The translations under genes and the position numbers were made by a program. A stretch of 63,149 nucleotides of DNA, the filler included, from Intoshia linei (Eukaryota > Animalia > Orthonectida), in assembly GCA_001642005.1 (NCBI GenBank). It is 6 parts of 6 records of this genome, joined end to end, with 100 filler letters (N's around TTAATTAATTAA, not from the genome) between each part and the next. Parts side by side here need not be neighbours in the genome. Positions count along the whole stretch, not along the records: positions 33,638 to 51,850 come from LWCA01000783.1; positions 51,951 to 56,501 come from LWCA01001916.1; positions 56,602 to 63,149 come from LWCA01001668.1; 3 more parts are not named here. One strand, given 5' to 3'. Below are positions 44,558 to 59,826 of the stretch, in pieces. A model generated the notes under the pieces. That model worked only from the letters and a program-made list of their open reading frames with translations, did no database searches and was not told the origin of the DNA. How positions within the stretch are numbered: position 1 is the stretch's first letter; every line of letters starts with the position of its first letter.

Positions 44558-46355
44558 TCCTAAGTTATATAAAAGGCTACGCGATTTTTGTTTGTGTTCA
44601 ATTTTATTGAAATAACTACTCGTCTTAGAATTTTTTAAAGACCACATTTCAAATAAAGTTTTTTCCGGGACGTATATTAAGATAAATTTCAACCTCCCAA
44701 TTTCACATCTTACGGGTCAAACCCCAAATTACCCTTCTTTTTTTAATGAAAACAGCCATAGAATTTTAAAAAAATTACAGGTGGTACAGTTGTATCCTTT
44801 TAACACACATACAAAATTTCAATCCGAATAAGTGACGACTTCACAGTCAAAATTTATTTTTTTCGTATAATAAAAATGTGGCCTCGGCAGAGCTAGGTGC
44901 TGTTTGTACGTAGTACATAACCAGGGATGGCTGATTTGCTATTAATAGCAGCTCTGAGCAATTATTAGCAAACAGCGTTGCTGTTAAATAAATAACGTTT
45001 TTATAAAAAAATTATGTTCGCGTTTTAATGATTAAATTATTGTATCAGGTGAAATGTTTTGGTAAATTTATTACGTTAAGGTGATAGATAGATATTTAGC
45101 AATCATATTATTTCGTATCAATATTAATTTAAAAAAATGAAAGAACTCTAAGTACTGTTTTCATACCTGTTTATTCATTCCCGGTAAATTTAACAATACT
45201 ACAGAAAAAGGACCGATGTAAAGCAACGAAATTACTATAATAATTTCATTTCATTTTTTCAATAAAAAATGATTCAATAATAATGAAATATTTAAAATAC
45301 TATCATGTAGTGTCGAATATAAAATAAATCAAAAATAAAGATGAAAAATATTCTATAAAAATGTAATATCTTCATATGTGTTTACAGTTATATCTTATGA
45401 ATAATGTGTTACCCAAGTTTTCCAGAGATAGATTAGGTCTACTTTGAGAATGGATTTTTCTGTGTTTAGAGAAACATCTTTCCACAGAGGCATCAGATAT
45501 AGTGATTTTTAAAATGATATTAATATTTTGTATATTGGGAATTTTGATATATCAACATCAATATCAAATATGTTTAAATTTTTAATTTTCTTAATTTCAT
45601 TGTTAAATCCTATATGTTTTGCAATTGGAAAGATTGAAATTGCCCAATTCTTAAAAATTAAAATACTATTGTCGTAATGTACAAATATATCTGCAAATTT
45701 TTGGCAAATGAAATTAATTAAATGGGATGTGATCAACCCAAGTTTAGAACTATTAAACATTATCCATCTTTTCTTCCACAATTGCAACAATTCTATAATT
45801 TCTTCCTTATTTATTAGAGCATCCAACCCTGTATTCCAAAATGTGTACACATTAGATGTATCTTTTTGTATGTTTAATATTTGCATTGCTATTCTATCTA
45901 AAATCGATATGCATTTTTTAAGTGATATCTGAAAACTGGTTGAACCAATTTTATTTTATAACCATCAGAAAAATATCATAACGAGAGTTAAAACGAGTCA
46001 TTGTATAATGTGGCAAATCTCCACTACATATGAAATTTTGAATTGTTTTTAAAGTATTTATCATCAAAATATTTTTTTTGAAAACATCTCCCTTTAATAA
46101 ATTAAAAAAATGTGCTCCACATCTGACCGGTAAAATATTTGAGTATTTATTATTCCTCATATTGCCACATTCATAGATATCAACTATCATATATAATTTT
46201 AGCTTTAAATTTGTATTTAAAAAATTATAAAATATTGCTGTTTATGTTTGCTATTAATAGCAATACATTTTGCTGTTAAATTAAAAAGCACTTGCTGTCT
46301 GCACAGAAAAAAACAGCAGCGCTGTTTCTATCCCTGCACATAACAGTCAAGCTAG
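44558..46355 (+). mobile_element. Non-autonomous Helitron-like element split by a hAT insertion
   Basis: A|TC start at 44558; tail GCCTCGGCAGAGCTAGGTGCTGTTTGTACGTAGTACATAAC stops at 44921 and resumes CATAACAGTCAAGCTAG|T to 46355. Confidence 0.8.
44922..46336 (-). mobile_element. hAT DNA transposon with truncated transposase
   Basis: TIR CAGGGAT at both ends; 8-bp TSD tacataac/cacataac; minus-strand RCGAHFFNLL, TRFNSRYD and SDASVERCFSKHRKIHSQSRPNL (hAT dimerisation motif). Confidence 0.9.
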
Positions 46356-46408
46356 TACATGTATAAAATCGATGTAATACAGATGTAAGTAAAAATATAT
46401 ATTTAAGG

Positions 46409-48985
<2,577 letters not shown>

Positions 48986-49036
48986 TATATTTTATTTTTT
49001 AATACGTAAACAACAATGTTATAGTAACAAATTTAT

Positions 49037-50076
49037 TTAAAGTTTTGCAAGTATTTCTTCTGAATTTTTTAATTTTTGAGAGGATAAAAAAGCTAATGGA
49101 CCTTTAGGGCATTTATTGGCATAGTGTCCTTGTTCCAGACATTTGTAACATGTTACTTCATTTAATGGTCGAGATTCATTTTCCTAGATATATCATTAAT
49201 ATATAACATCAAATTACAATTACAAATGTAACAGAAGTTTACTGTCAACGTAATGTCAATATATATAAATTATGATCAAATGATAGTACCTTGATGATAA
49301 CAGCATCATCTTTATTGTAAATATCTTGATTTGGACATTGCATGGCCTTGTGACCAGTTTCTTTACATAGATGGCATACAATTCTTTTTTTGGTGGGTTG
49401 TGCTGTGTTTGTAGTAGGTAAATCAAAAACGGGGCTAAATAATTTTATAATCATATTATGATAAAGTTACTGCATTCTGCTACATTTGGGTCCATGAGGA
49501 CAAAATCCACACACATAGCAATCACACATGACTCTTCTAATATGTCTATTCTTACAAAAATTTCCTAAAATGAAACTATATAAGTTATAATTATAAAATA
49601 CCGTGTCTGCAAAAACCTCGATCGTACCATAAACAATCCTTTGACTTTTTATCAGGGTCAACATGTAAAAATGGGCATTCTTTATTGCTACACATCCCAA
49701 ATTTTGTAAAAAAATAACAATCTGGCATTTTGGACATGTCGTATTCGTGTAAAAATTCGCAATTATCACCTTTTTTACATAAACCACGTAACCAATGTTT
49801 ACAAACAACCGATTTATCTCCTCTGATGTGTCTGTAAGGACACAACACTCCTTTAGCGCATTGTCCAATTCTATAAAAGTTACATATTCCGGATCCGGAC
49901 TCTAAATTTAAATATTAAAAAGTACATAGTAATGATTCGTCTGTGAATAAAATTATATAAATCTAATAATTACTATCCATTCCTACAAACGGTAGAGGTT
50001 TTATGCCAATGTGATTATTAAGCGCATATTGTATAAAAAAGGTGTTCGTTTCAACATTTGATACAACTGTATCCAT
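49037..50076 (-). CDS. CPSF4: Cleavage and polyadenylation specificity factor 30 kDa subunit
   Basis: PLPFVGMD|KSG, VVCKHWLRGLCKKGDNCEFLHEYDMSKMPDC, CSNKECPFLH, CLWYDRGFCRHG (CCCH fingers) plus two CCHC knuckles (CHLCKETGHKAMQC, CYKCLEQGHYANKC). Confidence 0.97.
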
Positions 50077-50399
50077 CAAATTAAAAATTTTAAATAATAA
50101 TGATAATTTTAAATTTTAGTTGTAATTATGAGAATAAAGTTTGTTTAACATTATTTATTGTTGAAACCATTGTTTCCAAAAATAAAGTCAGTTTATGATA
50201 AACTTTATCGCATTTTTGTTTGATATTCGATGTCGATTTGTTACAAATCATTTGTTATTTTTATTTTTGCAAAAAACATCATACATTATTTTTTCTGAAC
50301 CTTGTACTGGAATACAGAACATTTGTTTTTTAAAAAATGGCAAATTGAAACTGAACAATTTTTTAAATTTATTTATTTTTTAATTATTCTATTGTCGCT

Positions 50400-53300
50400 A
50401 TAGCAATTGTTTCCAAAATTTTTTTATCATGGGCCACTTGTCTAGAAAAAGCTTTAATGCTGAACATTTATTAGAATTGATTTGTAGTTTTGATGGTTTC
50501 ATAAATGAATTTGTCAATTCTCTCAAAAAAATCAAGCACTTCGAAAAATTATAGGAATTTCATATCCATTATAAATTGTATAGGTAGAACAATATTTGAT
50601 GTAATGACTATTAAATTTTCGTAATAAATCATTTGGGGTATATTTAGTGTGGCCAGAAAAAAGACGTATTATCAATTTTAGTTTATTTGATGATAAATGT
50701 AAAGCCAAAACTAATTATCTATAATGACAAATAAAAATTTTCAGCTTAAAATTTATTCTAAAAAAACTAAAAGTGATAGTACGTCTCTTTTCTGGGAACA
50801 CTACTATATTGGACGAATATTGTTGGTATTTAAAGTCGATAATAAATAATATTCTAATTTAATCGTACTTTTATTATTAAAAATAGATTGTCTTCACTTT
50901 ATAATATTGTTTATTTGTAAATTAATAACTTTCATGTGGAGCGCTGAAGTTCAGCGGCTGAACTAAGACATGGTCGTGGAAAATAATTTCCATAAACATT
51001 CCGAAATCGCAAAAAATAAGAATGTATTAAACTTTAGATAAGAATATCATAAAAATGTTAAAAATACGGATTTTAAAATCATAAATTTAAATAAATTATA
51101 TCTTCATGGCCAAAACCACAAAGTACCTTTTTTTTATGAAAACAGTCCTAGAATTTAAAAAAATTTACAGGTGGTACAGTTTTATCCTGTTAACACACAA
51201 TAGGAATATAGGAATGAATGATAAATTTTTAACATATTTTATTCAATTTAATCAAATATGTGAAAAAACCAAAATTTTACTAACCATTAAGGAAAAAATC
51301 CCTTTTTACAAATATTTTTTTCAAAAATCCAATTTTACCAAACTTTTAGATAAAAAATCCCTCTATCAGATCCCAAAAGAAAAAACCCAATTTCACAACC
51401 TTCAAGGATATAATCCCCTTTTACCAATATTTTTTTATAAAATCCAATTTTATCAAAATTTTATATAGAAATCTCGCTATCTGATTCCAAAAGAAAAGAC
51501 CAAATTTAGATGTTTCGTGTACAAAATTAACTTAACTCTTTCATACATTCAGTTTAACTAAATTTTTTTAAAAATGCTCATCTAATTGATATTCTTATTA
51601 ATAAATAAATTATAGCAATCACAATTACTATATTTGTTTATTTCTGAATTATAGTGGTATTTACAACGTAGATTTAAACATGTTTATTTTCATGAAAATA
51701 TTAAAAATACCATGCATTATTTATGATTCCTGAAACAAACAATGAAAATTTAAAATGATGTGATCACGTGAAGAACGTCATGTGTACTAAAAAATGAATT
51801 AATTCAGTACATTTTATAAGTGCAAATTGTGTATTCCTACACAATTATGANNNNNNNNNNNNNNNNNNNNNNNNNNNNNNNNNNNNNNNNNNNNTTAATT
51901 AATTAANNNNNNNNNNNNNNNNNNNNNNNNNNNNNNNNNNNNNNNNNNNNACATAGTAGTTTAAATATGAATACTAGCTTAATTTTTCCTACCTCAACAA
52001 GAAATTCGCAAAATTTCTACTTTTTGAAACACCCTACTGGCCACTGGCCATAAATACGTATTTTTGATAATCTACATATTTGGCACTTTGCCATATACGT
52101 AGAAAATACTTAGAAATGACATAACTTTGTTTTATAACTCAATAAATTTTACAATTATGAGAATTTTCGTTTTTAGGTAACATAAAAGAGGCATTTTATA
52201 CGTATAAAATATGGCCACACGAGTATTATACTTACATTTAATATTTTAGTAAAGATATTAATGAATGTAAGATGTAAAATGTACATTGTCCAGTATTATA
52301 TGTATCATATATTAGTATTATAGTATTACACATTGTGTAATGATCAGGGGTGTCAATTATGCGGCCCGCGTTAAAATATAACTTTCTATTTTTACACATA
52401 TTTCTTTTTTTACAGTATTTTTATATATATTTCATGATTACAATTTTAACATTATTTGTACACTTATTCCAATATTATTGTTTCTTATTTCATTTTATAA
52501 ATTAATTGAATCTGTTAGTTTTAACAAAATTTTTTGAATAAAGATTTTTTTTCACATTTGACCCGTCAAGCAAATTGAGTCTAACCCCCTGGTAATGATT
52601 AATATACCGAATAGTTAGAATGGATTACAACTTAGATGATGGATTATTATAATTTTGAAAATTTTCAGCCGTGATGGTTAAGCCTAGAGCAGTGATTCTT
52701 AACCTTTGCATCGTGGCGCACTTGTGCATGAGTAGAATTCTGGTGTGACGCAAAGAAATTTGACTTTATTTTATAACTTTTTAAAAATTAATGTCAAACT
52801 TTGACAGTAACAATTCTTTGATTAACATTTTAAGATTTACTATAGTACATATATAATATAATAAATTAATATATATTAAATACTATGGTGAAAACCAAAA
52901 ATATCAATATTTCATCATAAATCAAATATTTTTTACTAAATTTAAGTCACCAAATAAAAAGTATTCTTGTACTATGTACATTTATTATATTATGATTATT
53001 TTATTATGTTTTATTATTATAATTTTATATTTTTATCGTTTTTAATCTTTTCAAATTTTCGAATATCAATGTTTTTTACTTATAAAAATTTAAGGTGCAC
53101 CCTGAAGTAAAAAAGGTTATGAAAGACTTGTCTAGAGAAAAATAGTTGTGCTACCTTAAGAATTCTATTTGACAATCAAGTAGTTTAAAATATGTTTAAA
53201 TGTATCAAAATAAACCCATCGTTTAATGGAATTCTTCCAATTTTCCAGTCAATTTCAAATGATTCTGATTCTTTGGTAATACGCAAAGTTTGTTTTATCC

Positions 53301-56290
53301 AAGAGTTGTAATTAATGTAAAATTCATCAAAATATCTATGCTAAACACAGAAAATATAGTAATTCAATTGGTTTACTCTATAAAGATTTATTTTCATTTT
53401 AGTTTTATAATCATGGAATATCATATTTTCCAGATTGAAAGTGTAGTGCCCAGATGCATAAGCTAAAAAATATAAATAAAACAAATAACGGTTAGTGGAG
53501 ATCACTGATCAGTGATCACAGCAGTTCCCTATAAAGTTTCTTCTGGCTAAATTTTCACATTTTAAAAATGTTGTCAGTGGTAACAAATTTATGTTGAAAT
53601 TTGTAAAAGTATCAAAGACACACAATGCAAAAATTTTTTTTATAATTCCATACAAAAATCTTATAAATCCCCATAAAAGTTTCGTCTGGTCTTACGATTA
53701 GGAAACAATACTATAAAGCAATATATATATTATATCAATTTGTAAATTAATAAATTGTAAATAAATATTTACAATATTACTGTGTAAGTGTTTTCAGAGC
53801 TAAACCTACCGTACCCAGATCCTGCTTGGTGGGAAGCTTGATCAAAAATAAAAAAATTATATTTTTCAATATCATGAATGTTTCGAGTTGCAAATTTAAA
53901 CTGTCCAGTCCATGTGGATGAAAAGTGGCTAAAGGTTTAGAAATTACTCATCGTTAGCTAAAATCGTTGTAATTTCCTATTTTGATTTTACGGGGAGATC
54001 CATCATGGTAGGTTCGGATCGGAGTGATTAACCAAACTTAAAAATTACAGTATTTATTAGGCACATAATGTCCTATTTGAGTGAAAGTATATTTATTGTT
54101 ATGGCATAATATCTCTTTAATTCTTTCAATCTACATGTATTATTATTTGTATAATACAATTTAAATTAAATAAAATTAAAAATACATAAATATAGTCACA
54201 TATATCGTCCATTTTATTCAATTTAAAAACATTGATAGTTGCTTGTCGTTTAGTGCGTATTAATCTATGGTCTAATTGCTTTACTATTACAAAGTATTGC
54301 CACGTTAGAGGAGGAATGGTGTATATAAAAAAAATTTCAGGGATACCATTAAAATTAATTATTGAAAACTATATATATAATAAAATAAATAAATAGAATG
54401 ACTAGCTTATAACCTGCAACTTGACTCTATTAGCGATCAAACTATAGTCATGTGATGTATCTATTTTAATTCTTACGATTACCTTGCGTTCTTGAATTTG
54501 ATTGTTATATATATAAATGCTTGAATTCTATTTCTATGTGTATTTATATATCACATTTACTTACGCTATCAAGAATTTTCTCGTGGCAATATCGTGCGGA
54601 ATACGTTCTATCGAAATTTTTCTTTATTAAATGGTGATAGAGATCCTAATTATACACATTAAATACATTATTATAACATTATATATTATCATATACAAAA
54701 CAGAGTTTTATGGCATTTTTGATTCGTTTCATGTAATCCAGGTATGTATTTTGAACGGAGGTTCCACTAAATTTAAATATATACTAATACTTTATAATAG
54801 TAATATATAATATCCTTACTTATATAATATTGTACACAATATTTGTTTGTGTGTGTGTTACCCTTTATTTCAATAACTACCAGTCTTAAAATTTTAAAGT
54901 CCACATTTCAATTACAGTTTTTTCCGGATTGTTAGCAAACTAAATATCAATTTCCCAAACTCACATCTTATGGGTCAAAAAGCCCAATTTTCCTTTTTTT
55001 AGAAAATCCAACGAAATCGAGAATTCAAAAAAGTCTACTCTGATACGGATTTTAAAATTATAAATATTACCATCAATTTAAATTAAAAAAAATATATTTT
55101 CAGGGCCAAAACCCCAAATTACCCTTTTATTTTAATGAAAACAACCCTAGGATTTTATAAAATTTACAGGTGGTACAGTTGTATCTTGTTAACACACAAA
55201 AAAAATTTCAAATTTGAATAAGTTACGCCTTCACGGTCAAAGAAGCATTTTAGTATTCATATATTTTTTTTCCGAAATATTCTATTAAAACAAAAAATGT
55301 GAAATAATTAACGATCGGAAAATTAAAAAACAAAGATTCTGATAGAGCTTATTAAGTTGATATAAATACAAAATTTCAACCTCAGAAATCAACCCATACC
55401 CGGTGAAAAATAATTTTTAATATATTATCAAGCAATATTTTCAAATATTTCAATTAAAATAAAAATTGAAAATGTAAATATTGATCCTACCATTTCAAAA
55501 AAATTGTACATTGAACGTCTACATATTTTCAATAAAGAAATATGGGTGAAAATCTATAAATTCATTCCTTCGCAATTTTTTTTATTGCTACGCCATTTTT
55601 CAATCTCAAATTCTCATTTTCAAAACATTTTGTTTAAAATTTACATTAAAATTACATATATTATTACATTTAAAATGACAAATTAGGTTTTTATAATTTT
55701 ATTTTTTCTGGAATTTCTGGTATTTATGACTGTTTTTACTTTATTTTTAATATTATACACAGATTCTGTCTAATAAATTAAAAATTAACGTAAATGCAAA
55801 TGCAGAGCTAAGTGCTGTTTGTACGTAGTACATAACAGTCAAACTAGTAGTATTATACTATTTTAAAATTAAGTTTTACGTAATAGCATCGTGATGTTGC
55901 ATGATAGCTAGAGTTTCAGAGATTTGATGTAATGTATTGGATGTCCAAATCTCACGTAATCCCAATTTTAAGGTGACTTGAGCTTCCAATGATCTTACAT
56001 TCTATTATATTAATTAAAATAATAATTACAATAATACATACAATATTAATACTATAATTAGAAATAGTTTAAAACGTAAAAAGAAAAATACATTATGAAG
56101 TATCGAAAGTAATCTGGTTTGTCGCTTTAAATCTGGTCTAGATGTGTAAAATCCTGTCCAAATGTTATCTTTGTCTATCAACGGAAATAAATCGTCAGTA
56201 AACGTTTTTAAGCTATCATGACTAAAACTTTCTGTATATTCACGCGCCGTAGATATCACATATTGTATATTAGTTCCACGTTGAATTGCC
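50400..56290 (-). CDS. GH38 alpha-mannosidase (MAN2B1-like), middle and C-terminal exons; ends uncertain
   Basis: Exons DLFP..WTGFYTSRPDLKR, LAIMQHHDAIT, ASGHYTF, SWIKQTLRI...FEIDWKIGRIP; spread over TE-filled introns and a gap. Confidence 0.7.
50645..50803. mobile_element. Small MITE with long imperfect TIRs
   Basis: TAGTGTGGCCAGAAAAAAGACGTATTATCAATTTTAG matched by CTAAAAGTGATAGTACGTCTCTTTTCTGGGAACACTA. Confidence 0.65.
52345..52591 (+). mobile_element. hAT MITE
   Basis: CAGGGG...CCCCTG ends; perfect TSD GTAATGAT; same family as 46618-46950. Confidence 0.9.
52690..53129. mobile_element. hAT (Charlie-like) MITE
   Basis: CAGTGATTCTTAACC start, degenerate GGTTATGAAAGACTT end; TSD gcctagag/gtctagag. 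Confidence 0.65.
54813..55847 (+). mobile_element. Full-length non-autonomous Helitron-like element (~1.0 kb) in mannosidase intron
   Basis: Lies between host A and T with no TSD; 5' TCCTTACTTATATAAT; (GT)n; 3' hairpin then CTAG. Confidence 0.8.
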
Positions 56291-56766
56291 TAATTTAACA
56301 GGATTTAATAATTACATTTACAAATTTTTTACATGCTATTATACGTGTATTTTATACATATAAACACATATATATACACTATTATTTATACTTAAATGTA
56401 TTTTTACAAAGGGGAGTCATTAATTTGTCAGTATTTAATTAAAATAATGACATTTTTTAATAAAAAATTTTCTGTATTTTCAACATAAAATTGTCAGTAT
56501 ANNNNNNNNNNNNNNNNNNNNNNNNNNNNNNNNNNNNNNNNNNNNTTAATTAATTAANNNNNNNNNNNNNNNNNNNNNNNNNNNNNNNNNNNNNNNNNNN
56601 NTGTCGTCATCATATCCTTGAGACAATTCTTTCGTCGGTTTACAAAAAATCCTTCAGGGATACATGTCAACCAGATATAAATGATAATTTCGTAACAAAA
56701 TTTAAAGATATTTTTTTTAATGATATAAACCGATATAATAAATGCCATAATCCACCAAAATTAACA

Positions 56767-57315
56767 ATGAATAACATTAATTTTTCCAATATTATATTAA
56801 CCCTATCAAAAATACAAGAATATAAACGCGACGATTACAAAGAATGCTGTAAATTATTTATATCAATTTTAAGTGGTAACAAAGTTACTCTATTGAAACC
56901 AGGTGCAATCTCAAAGGCTCGTTGGATTATATATGCCCTTAAGGCGTATATTCTAAATATAGACAGAAATCAATTAATGAAATCATTTCTATTATTTACA
57001 ACATATGGTTACATAACATTCTGGATGGATGCGGGCAGCGCTACGAATGGATACCATAATGATGTTCAAATGGAACAATTTTGGCATGAATTGAGTATTG
57101 CATCTATGTCCTTAAAAGTACTATGTGATGTTGCCTTTGAGAAACATGATCTTCACAATTATTATATGGGGAAAGATGTTTCAGTTATTGGGATTGCATT
57201 TGTGGTCAATGATGCGACAGAAAGAACTCATGCAAAATTTAAGAAATGTTTGAATGTCACTAAAACTGAAGAAGAATTGCCAAAACTAGTATGCACCATG
57301 AACCATTTTAATTGA
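56767..57315 (+). pseudogene. Internally deleted transposase-like ORF (family unassigned)
   Basis: PGAISKARW..IYALK and VVNDATER motifs resemble the PGAxHxARWM / VxNDxAER transposase-like proteins of invertebrate genomes; intronless; next to gap. Confidence 0.55.
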
Positions 57316-58421
57316 AATGAACTAATTTCGATTTTTTTATTAATTTTTAAATAAAATTATTTGTTATATTTGTATCTTTATAATTTGGATTCACTTTCAT
57401 TCCATGCATTCATACATAACCAATGACCATATGAGCTTTTANAGTATGCACCATGAACCATTTTAATTGAAATGAACTAATTTCGATTTTTTTATTAATT
57501 TTTAAATAAAATTATTTGTTATATTTGTATCTTTATAATTTAGATTCACTTTCATTCCATGCATTCATACAAATATATCTAATAAATTTTGGTATATTAT
57601 GGAATTTCTGTATTGACCATATTCATTGCAAACATGATTAACAAGATCGTGAATGTCTTGTATTTGAATGAATTTATTATATTATAAATAACCAGAATTC
57701 GAGAAATTAAATCGTTAATAAAATCCAAAAAAATTGAGCTAGACACAAATTTAAAAAAATAGACTGTATAACTAAACATGGAGAACAGTGTTATAAAGGC
57801 GGTACCACGTTTAAAATCTCAAACGCCGATTTGCGTTAAAATAAAGTTCAGTTTTAATTTCTTCATAATATTTATACGTGATATTTAAAATGACAAACGC
57901 AACTCGAATAGATAGCATTAAATATTTTTGATTGCAAATTAGTTTTTCTATTTTAAAAATACACACTTTTAGTTCTAATTGCCCTTGATTCTTTGATGGG
58001 TGTGACACCCTAATGTGTATGTATGTTATCGTTTATTTCAATAACTAAGGGTCTTAGAATTTTAGAAATTCCACATTAAATTATATTTTTTCCAGTGGCC
58101 AAATTAAGATAAATTTCAATCTCAGAAACATTCATCTTACCTGTCAAACACTCTAATTATCCTTTTTTGAAAATCAAACAAGTCCTTCCTATAGTTCAAA
58201 AAAATATATCTGGTACATATTTTAAAATCATAAACATTGTTATAAATATAAATTTAAAAAAGTTATATCTTCATAGACAAAGTCCCAAATTACACTTGTA
58301 TTTGTATAATTTAATGAGTATTACTTTTAAAATACCCGCTTTAATAAATTCACATCGATATTCTGGAGTTTCAGCATATCGAAAGATAATTCTAAAAATT
58401 TTTAATAATAGTAGTCTAAGT

Positions 58422-58594
58422 CAGTGGTTTTCAATCTGGGATCGCAAAATTTATTAGGGGGTCGTGAGAATTTGAAAATTTTATGAATATATTTTTTTAA
58501 TATAATATTGACAGCAATAATGTTACGGAAATATTTTTACATTCTGTAGTACAATTTTAAATGTTCTTCTTCACAAAAAGGTTGAAAACCACTG
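58422..58594. mobile_element. hAT (Charlie-like) MITE
   Basis: TIRs CAGTGGTTTTCAA / TTGAAAACCACTG; perfect TSD GTCTAAGT. Confidence 0.9.
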
Positions 58595-59108
58595 GTCTAA
58601 GTCTTTATTAACGTAATTACTGAATTTTCAATTCCGTTAATATGGTTTTCCACCATAGTAACACCCTTGTTAACGGAATTTATTCTTTTTAAATAAAAAC
58701 CATTAAATCGTCATATTTCTTGTTATAATGAGTTTTTGAATAATACACGACGAACTAATATACAAAAAACATTATCAACGGGTCCACATCAGTTTTTTGG
58801 GGGTCCATGAAAAATTTTATCAATTTTAAATTATTTACTAAAATAAAATAAATTTAAAAATGAAATTTCCGCAATGATAGTAATTATTTCTAATTAACAC
58901 AATCTAATTTAATATCTATTAAAAATTTGATAAAAAATGTAATAAATTGACTTGTAATTGGTAAAAAAAATGAGATGATATTTATGATTCTCTTAAAAAT
59001 ATATTCTAGAGCTTTAGAGATAAAATTATTATGAACGGAATTTTTGGTTGATACCAATTCGTTAAGAAAAAATAAATAATTTAAAATTCTTTTAATAAAG
59101 ACTTAGAC

Positions 59109-59826
59109 TAGTGGTTCCAAAGTGGTCCACAAGAAAAATTTTAAATAACATAAATATAACCTTTTTATAACAATAATAATAAATTAGAATTGTATCCATC
59201 ATTTATTATTATTATTATAATAATTAGTGAACGTAAACATCATTTAATCAAAATGAAGTGAAAATTTAATGAATATAGTGAATAATTGTCACATACATAT
59301 TTAATCTATGTAACAATTTAACTTAGTTCAATTGTAGTTTCCGGAATCGAACCTATCAAGCTCATCGCCACTTAAAAAATGAAAAATAGCCCATTAAAAA
59401 ATTTTGTAAACGAATTATAATGTCATATAACCCTATCTACCTTTCTAAGACTCTTGAGTTGACATTTAAATTTAACACTCAAATTAGTTGATATTCAATA
59501 ATTTTTTTAATACTCAATTTAATTAATTCAAGCCTCAATTTTAAAAAAAATTTCGTCGAAATCCTTCCACCGAGGGATCTCATATACGGCACTGTTAATT
59601 CGCAATAAGTATTTTTGAAATTAAGCATTTTTTTAATTACGCTATTAAAGCTACATTGTCAAAATTAATGTAAAATTTTCGATTTAAAGAATATATAATA
59701 AAAAAATCAAAATATTACCTTAGTGACGTATTTATGATTAGTGGGATTTTTTAAAAAAATTATGTGGTCCACACACATTTTTTTTGTGACAAGTGGTCCA
59801 TGGTGGAAAAAGTTTGGGAACCACTG
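59109..59826. mobile_element. hAT (Charlie-like) MITE
   Basis: TAGTGGTTCC / GGGAACCACTG ends; TSD acttagac/atttagat. Confidence 0.7.

Noticed and set aside
57288-57570. Near-exact ~125-bp direct duplication
   Set aside because: A single N lies between the copies, as with the duplication at 46758-46862; likely contig-overlap artefact
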